40,423 nt of DNA from positions 1-40,423 of IMG/VR virus record IMGVR_UViG_3300009852_000007, one strand, 5' to 3'. The translations under genes and the position numbers were made by a program. Positions 34,429 to 40,423 of this stretch are shown here, in pieces. The notes beneath the pieces were generated by a model. The model searched no databases and had not been told where the DNA came from. It saw nothing but the letters and a program-made list of their open reading frames with translations. The stretch is from a virus (taxonomy: Duplodnaviria > Caudoviricetes). Positions within the stretch are counted from its first letter, which is position 1. The number at the start of each line of letters is the position of its first letter.

Positions 34429-36543
34429 TTGACAACTGATGTCATGGCTACCGCAGCTCTTTACTACAGCAAAATTTTAGAGTTGCGGATCTTCCCGCTC
34501 CATGACGTAGCAGACGGTCACTGTTCATGTGCTGAAGGTGAACACTGCTCAAGACCAGGAAAACACCCCCGGCTTGCAGACTGGCAGAAGGAAGCTAGCA
34601 AGCGAGACTCCAAAGTTAAGCGTTGGTGGGAAAAATGGCCGGACGCCAACATCGGAGTCTTGACCGGCAAGGCCAATGGCTTCATTGCACTCGACATTGA
34701 TCCGGCCAACGGGGGGTGGGTGGCATACCATGACCACCTTGCAGGCCACTTGCCGTCCACTTACAGTCCCACAACTGGTAGTGGCGGACAGCATATTTGG
34801 CTGAAGTACCCGAAAGATATACAGGTCACCAACAAGAACAGGTTCCCTAAAGGAATCGATGTTCGCGGTGACGGGGGCTTCGTAGTTGTTGCACCCAGTC
34901 GTACTAACAAGGGTGAATATCCGTGGCCCAACCCAATGTTGGCAAGCATGGATCAACTTGCGGAGTGCCCTCAGTACATCATCGACAAGTATCTAAAGAT
35001 TGAAGACTCAGACGCAGAGTTCGTTAGTGCTAGTGACACAAGTACGTACAACAGTCTGAGCAAAGAAGAGAAGCAGCGGATTGATAAGTATGTAGAGGAA
35101 GCTTTCAACCGAGAACTTGATGCCCTTGAAGACTTGGATGAGTTCTCAGAATGGGACAACGAGACCTTCAAGATTAGTTGTCGCATTCTGGAGCTGGTGA
35201 AAGCTCCGTGGTCTCCGCTGACCTATGAAGAAGCTGTTCGTGCCATCTGGCGTTCAGTACCTAAGCCGGACGGTGCCGGATGGACCGAAGAACGTATCAG
35301 GCAGAAAGTGAGAAGTGCATGGGAAAGGGTGAACAGTCATGATCTCGTACGACCTTTTCCCAAAGTGAAGGAAAAGCCTCCCACCCCCGATACGAGCGGG
35401 AAGCTTATCCTTGTCCCCTTCTCCGACATGGAGTCGGAACCCTACGAGTGGTACGAGAAGAACCACATCCCACGTAGGGGAGTTGTGATCCTTGCCGGGG
35501 AACCAGGAACCGGCAAGTCCACACTGGTCTGTCACTACCTTGCTCAGGCTACCAACGGTACATGGAGAAGGGGAGGCATTGGGACATGTCTCTACTTGGC
35601 CGGTACCGAAGACTCACTGAAGGACATCATCAAGCCCCGGCTGATTGCAGCGAAGGCAGATGTATCAAAGATCTTCACTGTAGAAGTACAAGAGCACGAT
35701 GAGGATGATGAAGCCTACAACCGCAAGGCAGTCTTCAATCGTGACATGCTTGCTCTTCGCAAGGTGGTCCGGGAACACAACGTCAAGATGATCGCAATGG
35801 ACCCGGCGAACACATTCCTGGGGATTGACGAAGAGAAGCATAGTTATAGTGAAATCCGGTCAACACTCGAAAAGGTTCTTCGCTTCGCTGATGAGGAAGA
35901 TTGCCTCATTGTTCTCATCAAGCACTTCCGAAAGAACCAGTCTTCTGGAATTAAGTTGGATGCTATGTCCCGACTGTTTGGAAGCGCTGCTTGGGGGGAG
36001 GTGGTACGCCATATGCTTGTTCTGCGAAGAGTTGATGACGAGATTAGAGATAGGAAGGCGCTGGACATTGATGATCCCGTCTCAGCGATCCTCAGTGTGG
36101 AGAAAAACTCGTATGGACCTACGGCTGCTACTGGACTCTACCCCCTCGGATTCTCAAGAGAACCCGTAAAGGTCAGCACTGGCAAACTGAAGGATGTAGA
36201 AATTGCACGGCTCGTGTGTTTGGGTGAGAGGCGAGATCTTACCGACCTTGACACCGTAGCCGTGATGACCGACGAACAAGTTGATAAACGCATCAAGGAT
36301 GAGGATGCGGCTAAGGAATGGCTGATTGAAACTCTCCAGGCCGAAGGCGGTCGTATGGAGATTACCAAGCTGAAGGACATCCATAAGAAGGATGAGCGTT
36401 CTGGAGTTAGTTGGAGAACGCTTATGAGGAAAGCAGATCAGCTTGGGATTATTAGCCAGCCTATTGAGGGGGCGGGAAAGAATAGGAAGGAATGGGTATT
36501 GCCTCCTGAACTGATGCCCCCGCCTGAAGAATTGAAGATGTAA
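34429..36543 (+). CDS. Bifunctional primase/polymerase (Prim-Pol) fused to AAA_25 RecA-like helicase
   Basis: 'CSC...C..PGKHP', 'WW..WPDANIG', 'LDID', 'TGSGG.H', 'GIDVRG.GGFVVVAPS'; 'GEPGTGKS', 'MDP', 'HFRK', 'GSAAW'. Confidence 0.9.
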   Translation: MTTDVMATAALYYSKILELRIFPLHDVADGHCSCAEGEHCSRPGKHPRLADWQKEASKRDSKVKRWWEKWPDANIGVLTGKANGFIALDIDPANGGWVAYHDHLAGHLPSTYSPTTGSGGQHIWLKYPKDIQVTNKNRFPKGIDVRGDGGFVVVAPSRTNKGEYPWPNPMLASMDQLAECPQYIIDKYLKIEDSDAEFVSASDTSTYNSLSKEEKQRIDKYVEEAFNRELDALEDLDEFSEWDNETFKISCRILELVKAPWSPLTYEEAVRAIWRSVPKPDGAGWTEERIRQKVRSAWERVNSHDLVRPFPKVKEKPPTPDTSGKLILVPFSDMESEPYEWYEKNHIPRRGVVILAGEPGTGKSTLVCHYLAQATNGTWRRGGIGTCLYLAGTEDSLKDIIKPRLIAAKADVSKIFTVEVQEHDEDDEAYNRKAVFNRDMLALRKVVREHNVKMIAMDPANTFLGIDEEKHSYSEIRSTLEKVLRFADEEDCLIVLIKHFRKNQSSGIKLDAMSRLFGSAAWGEVVRHMLVLRRVDDEIRDRKALDIDDPVSAILSVEKNSYGPTAATGLYPLGFSREPVKVSTGKLKDVEIARLVCLGERRDLTDLDTVAVMTDEQVDKRIKDEDAAKEWLIETLQAEGGRMEITKLKDIHKKDERSGVSWRTLMRKADQLGIISQPIEGAGKNRKEWVLPPELMPPPEELKM

Positions 36544-36545
36544 AT

Positions 36546-36581
36546 AAAAAGGGCCGGTAGCCTGAAAGCTACCGGCCCTTT
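36546..36581. terminator. Bidirectional terminator
   Basis: AAAGGGCCGGTAGC-CTGAAA-GCTACCGGCCCTTT between convergent genes. Confidence 0.85.
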
Positions 36582-36587
36582 CTCGTT

Positions 36588-36974
36588 CTAGTCGTTGTTG
36601 AAGCTGTTGACTGAGGGATCTACTAGCGTAGCTGCGTACCACAGTCCTGGCTGAACTACCTTGCTGGAGTTGTCCATAGCCTTGAGGAGTTCCTGAGCGA
36701 TCTTAGCTCGGATAGCCTTCTCCTCTTCTGACGGCTCAGGTTCAAGCTGCTGCTTGAACATGTTGTAGATCTTACGCCAGTTAGCCATCCTGATGGACTC
36801 CGCCCTGAGTTCGGACTTGTCCAGAAGCCAACTCTGTGCCCGCTCCACGAACTCCTCAAAGGAAGTGTCGGGAGAGAGAATAGTCTGCCAGATCTCTTGG
36901 TGGTCTCTACCACCCGCATCCCTACAAAGGTTGCGGAAGACTGCGTTGGTGGCTCTGCCGTCTCCAGGTCGCAT
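36588..36974 (-). CDS. Hypothetical protein
   Basis: AGGAG RBS. Confidence 0.65.
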   Translation of the reverse strand: MRPGDGRATNAVFRNLCRDAGGRDHQEIWQTILSPDTSFEEFVERAQSWLLDKSELRAESIRMANWRKIYNMFKQQLEPEPSEEEKAIRAKIAQELLKAMDNSSKVVQPGLWYAATLVDPSVNSFNND

Positions 36975-36977
36975 GGA

Positions 36978-37214
36978 CTACTCCTGTCCCTTCCAGTTGG
37001 GGGCGTAGGTGGCGTACTCGACTGCTTCCTGCGCCGTGTTGGCTTCGACGCGCGTGGAGTTGTGAGCGATGACGTACCCGTCTGAGTAGCAGGTGACATA
37101 GACCTTGTTGTTCTTGACCAGAGCCATCAGGTACGGGTTGCCGTTGGGGTCCGATCCCATGTTGACAGTAGGGATGTTGTTCTCATCGAACTCACGACGC
37201 AGGTTGCTAAGCAT
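36978..37214 (-). CDS. Hypothetical protein
   Basis: GGGAGAAGG RBS; host-like codons. Confidence 0.65.
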   Translation of the reverse strand: MLSNLRREFDENNIPTVNMGSDPNGNPYLMALVKNNKVYVTCYSDGYVIAHNSTRVEANTAQEAVEYATYAPNWKGQE

Positions 37215-37309
37215 TTCCTTCTCCCTTCGAACCGATGCCTTAAGACTATGCCTTGTCTAAGTTTCTGTCTAGTCTTCTGGGGAACTAATTTTGCATGATC
37301 ACGATTTGT

Positions 37310-37557
37310 GTTGTGACAACGCGATCATGAATATCAACATGTGGATCATGGGGGAGGGGGGGTGTGTGGGAGACGTGTCACAACTTCACAACTGGCTCTG
37401 ACCTGCGGTTTTAGTTGTGACACGGTGTCACAACTGGGCAGTTGTGACAAACCCAGTTGTGACAGTTGTGACACACTCTAATGATCTTGTCACAACTGTT
37501 TTAGCAGGTCAGAGCCAGTTGTGAAGTTGTGACAAGATCCTTCTTCCCCCCCCCCCC
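37310..37557. repeat. Iteron-rich palindrome, probable replication origin
   Basis: Nine GTTGTGACA copies in both orientations; perfect 31-bp inverted repeat 37376-37406/37504-37534; flanking G and C tracts. Confidence 0.75.
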
Positions 37558-37812
37558 TGTGTCCCAACTGGCGTACTGGCCGGTAACTAAAATAGTTAGG
37601 TGTCCGGCTTAGACTGTGCAGGTTCTAAGGAAGTGAAGAAGTCTTGTAGCTAGAGGACTACGGGACGCAGGTCCAGACCGGGGCTGGAAGGCATGAAGGT
37701 GCAGGTCACAGGGCTATACCAGATCCATAACGATGGGGTAACATAGAGGCAGGGCAGGACCCGAGAGAGCTTGACAACCTAGCCCCCATGGCCTCTGACC
37801 TGGGGGAACGTC

Positions 37813-38127
37813 GTGAAGATCACGATATGTAGCGTCTGCAACGACCTGATCATGCCGGGAACTCAGACCCGAGCAACTAAAGGTCGGCACCGCAGACCAC
37901 AGATGATGCACGCCGAGTGCTGGTCCAGAAAGAGACAAGGACTTAAAACCGGCGTGCATCTTGCTATGACGGCACACTTCAAAAGTATTGGTGCAAAGTG
38001 TGTGGACTGTGGAAGCACAGAAGACATCACTGCGGACCATAAGAAGAGTCGTGCTGAAGGCGGGCTTAGTGTTCCTGAAAACTACGAGCCACGCTGTAGA
38101 AGATGTAACTCCAGAAAGGGGGGATGA
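37813..38127 (+). CDS. HNH endonuclease (packaging-associated type)
   Basis: 'CVDCG.....TADH......GG.....N....CRRCNSRKG'. Confidence 0.85.
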   Translation: MKITICSVCNDLIMPGTQTRATKGRHRRPQMMHAECWSRKRQGLKTGVHLAMTAHFKSIGAKCVDCGSTEDITADHKKSRAEGGLSVPENYEPRCRRCNSRKGG

Positions 38128-38564
38128 TGGCAGACTTCATCTTCGATGTAGCCCTTGGCAAGCACGTGTATTATGCAGAGCTTCCCGGATCTACTGACTC
38201 GTTGATTGTTGTTCCGGTTAACGCTGGTGCTGCTAGTGACTCAAGCATTCGGGTTGCTGAAGACCTTGATGAGTTGCTGGGCATTGTTACAGAGCAGACT
38301 ACTTTAGGCCGTAAGACTCTTTCGGGTGTCTCAGTAGGGGTTGCGAACAATATCGCTACTGTTGATGCTGCGGATGTAGTCTGGGAAGGCACTAGTGGCA
38401 ATGACCTCACTGACCTAGTGGTCTGCTACAAGCCGGATTCGAGCAGTACTGATGACGCCATCATCCCTCTCTACTGCTTAGACTTCGAAGTTGCGATTGA
38501 TGGTAGTGACGTAACCGCTGTTATTAACACGGACGGTCTTGCTACGGCTGCTAATGGTTCGTAG
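38124..38564 (+). CDS. Putative virion structural protein
   Basis: Acidic beta-rich protein, 'DAADVVW', 'IPL...DF....DG.D'; coupled to HNH. Confidence 0.55.
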   Translation: MMADFIFDVALGKHVYYAELPGSTDSLIVVPVNAGAASDSSIRVAEDLDELLGIVTEQTTLGRKTLSGVSVGVANNIATVDAADVVWEGTSGNDLTDLVVCYKPDSSSTDDAIIPLYCLDFEVAIDGSDVTAVINTDGLATAANGS

Positions 38565-38566
38565 CC

Positions 38567-40282
38567 ATGGCTACGCTAGTAGCTAGTTACGGTGACGACA
38601 GTGGCGGAGGATTTAGTAGTAGTCCTTTACAGACTTCCAGCTTCACTCCTGTACAAGGCGAACTTTTAGTCGTCAAGGCAGCAAGTTGGAGTGAGTTCGC
38701 ACTCTTGAACACTCCTACGGGAGGCGGACTTACTTATGTCGAGAGGATTAACAGCGCACCTTCGAATAACTGTTTCACTGCTATCTGGACGGCTGAAGTA
38801 ACCGGCAGTCCAGGAAGTATGACCGTCTCATGTACGTTGAATGGATCATCTGGCTACTACGCCTTCGTAGTGGAGAGGTGGTCTCAAGCAAAGCTTGCTA
38901 GTTCTCCTGTTCTTCTGTCTACAGGTGGAAGTGGTGCACCTAACGTCAACTTCACCACTACTGCTGCTAATAGCAGGATCTCCATAGTTAATGGCGACTA
39001 TAACGGGCAGAGCGGTACTGCTACCTACAGAGGAACTAGCACTCAAACCTTCACGTACCGATCAAACGGCAACTTCGGTTACTACGGTTGGTACCAGACT
39101 GTTGCCACTGCCAGCACTGTAGCTGTTGGCATGACTGCACCTAGCAGTCAGAAGTGGCGACTAGCAGCTATCGAGATCTTAGATAACTCTGCGATTGAGC
39201 AAGATGTTGATTCAGTCAAAGAGTCCGATGTTGCGCTTTCAGTTAGCCGGGGCAAGCGCAAAGTCTTAGGTCTCGTTACAGGGCTTAGTGCACTTCTAGG
39301 CTTAAGCAAAGTCAAGAGTCATGAAGTGCACGTTGCAGAACAAGCTAGCGCACTCTCGGTTGGTAAAGATAAAACACACGGTGTCGGTGCCATCCACGGG
39401 CAAGAGAGTGCGCTAGCCACAACTAAGAAGAAGTCTCGCCTCCTGGGGGTGGAGGGCGAGATGAGTGAGACGTACGGGTTGGACAGTGAGAAAACTCGTA
39501 CGTTGGGGTTGGTGCAAGGTCTCGATAGTGTCTTGGACTTTCAGAGTTCAAAATCCCTGGGAGTCGGGTTAGTTGAAGAATCTGCACTAGTCCAAGCACT
39601 ATCGAGATCGAAAGCGGTGAGTGTTGATCTTGTCACGGAAACGGGAACAGCGCTCACGACCGGCCGGACCAAGCGAGCCGCTGTAGGCCACGTAGAGGGG
39701 CTGTCAGCGGTCGCCGGTACGGGAAGGTCTAAGGGGCTCGGGATCGGACCTCTCGGGGGCTCTCAGACGCTCTACAAACTCTTGAGTGCAAAATCTAAGT
39801 TGCTCAAGATAGCGGCTGAAGAAGATGCACTTGAGAAGTTAGGAGTCGATAAGACTCTACTTCTAGGTGTTGTTGCTGAGATTGACTTAGCTGTTGGTTT
39901 CGGCGGAACACTTGGGATAGTCAGTGAAGTCAGTAGTGCGTATGTGTTACGTGTAGCGAAAGCTAGAACTCTAGGTACTGCTGACGAAGAGGGGGTTTTA
40001 AGAAACCTAGCCAAGGCCAAATCACTGGCGTTAGGTTCAGTGACAGAAGAGGGCACTTCTAGAAATTTGGTCGTTTCCAAATTACTGGAAATCGGCAAAT
40101 TACTGGAAACCAATTCACTGGAAATGCTGGTTTCCAAAAAGGGCAAATTACTGGAAATGCTGGTCGAGAAATCACTGGTAAAAACTATAAATCCTAATCA
40201 GCAAAATATCGATAGAACTGGTCCTCTTACTGACATCGCTAGTCTGAGGATGTCTGGCATGAATAGGTACGGACGCTCTTAA
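38567..40282 (+). CDS. Putative fibre/appendage protein: Ser/Thr/Gly-rich N-domain plus ~20-aa repeat stalk
   Basis: Periodic 'K..LG.V.E....L...K' units over the C-terminal ~350 aa. Confidence 0.6.
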   Translation: MATLVASYGDDSGGGFSSSPLQTSSFTPVQGELLVVKAASWSEFALLNTPTGGGLTYVERINSAPSNNCFTAIWTAEVTGSPGSMTVSCTLNGSSGYYAFVVERWSQAKLASSPVLLSTGGSGAPNVNFTTTAANSRISIVNGDYNGQSGTATYRGTSTQTFTYRSNGNFGYYGWYQTVATASTVAVGMTAPSSQKWRLAAIEILDNSAIEQDVDSVKESDVALSVSRGKRKVLGLVTGLSALLGLSKVKSHEVHVAEQASALSVGKDKTHGVGAIHGQESALATTKKKSRLLGVEGEMSETYGLDSEKTRTLGLVQGLDSVLDFQSSKSLGVGLVEESALVQALSRSKAVSVDLVTETGTALTTGRTKRAAVGHVEGLSAVAGTGRSKGLGIGPLGGSQTLYKLLSAKSKLLKIAAEEDALEKLGVDKTLLLGVVAEIDLAVGFGGTLGIVSEVSSAYVLRVAKARTLGTADEEGVLRNLAKAKSLALGSVTEEGTSRNLVVSKLLEIGKLLETNSLEMLVSKKGKLLEMLVEKSLVKTINPNQQNIDRTGPLTDIASLRMSGMNRYGRS

Positions 40283-40312
40283 AGCAACCCCCATCAACTA
40301 CCATCCGTAGCC

Positions 40313-40423
40313 TGTAACAGAGAGTGATAATTACAGAGTGTGAGCAAAGGGGGATAGGATTTCACCCCCATACCTTTTCGTACCCCATAAAGGGGGGATA
40401 GTGTCCAAAAATCACCCCATATG
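40313..40423. other. Putative cos/packaging region, continuing into 1-100
   Basis: Non-coding, upstream of terS on circularisation; 18-bp imperfect inverted repeat 40313-40330 vs 44-61. Confidence 0.5.

Noticed and set aside
37310..37557. Possible CRISPR array
   Set aside because: Repeats are 9 bp, in mixed orientation and without unique regular spacers; the Cas4-like gene belongs to a recombination module

Overview
The window looks like one complete, circularly opened ~40.4 kb temperate siphovirus genome of a filamentous actinomycete. The host is inferred from the WhiB, GntR and prim-pol genes and a UUA-reading tRNA; GC content looks by eye to be only a little over 50%. Layout: (1) rightward HK97-type head, tail and lysis operon (101-15953), with a -1 tail-chaperone frameshift; (2) GntR switch at about 16.2-16.8 kb; (3) long leftward early region (16.8-33.9 kb) with WhiB, RuvC-like resolvase, PolA, a secreted lamin-tail-domain protein, an SSB/Sak4/PD-(D/E)XK recombination trio, SNF2 helicase, tyrosine integrase and putative attP; (4) rightward prim-pol/helicase, an iteron-rich palindrome (probable ori), HNH and two virion-type genes before a probable cos region. 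Three unexplained signals stand out. First, a 13-bp asymmetric motif GGGGGTGGNNNGC occurs in at least 23 exact copies, mostly inside coding sequence. Second, a complete tRNA-Leu(UAA) is accompanied by anticodon-less tRNA-like elements, each sitting just upstream of a gene start. Third, there are apparent mimics of host machinery (RNAP alpha-CTD, ribosomal bL12-CTD). No canonical CI-type repressor is visible. All protein calls come from motif recognition and gene order, not database searches.
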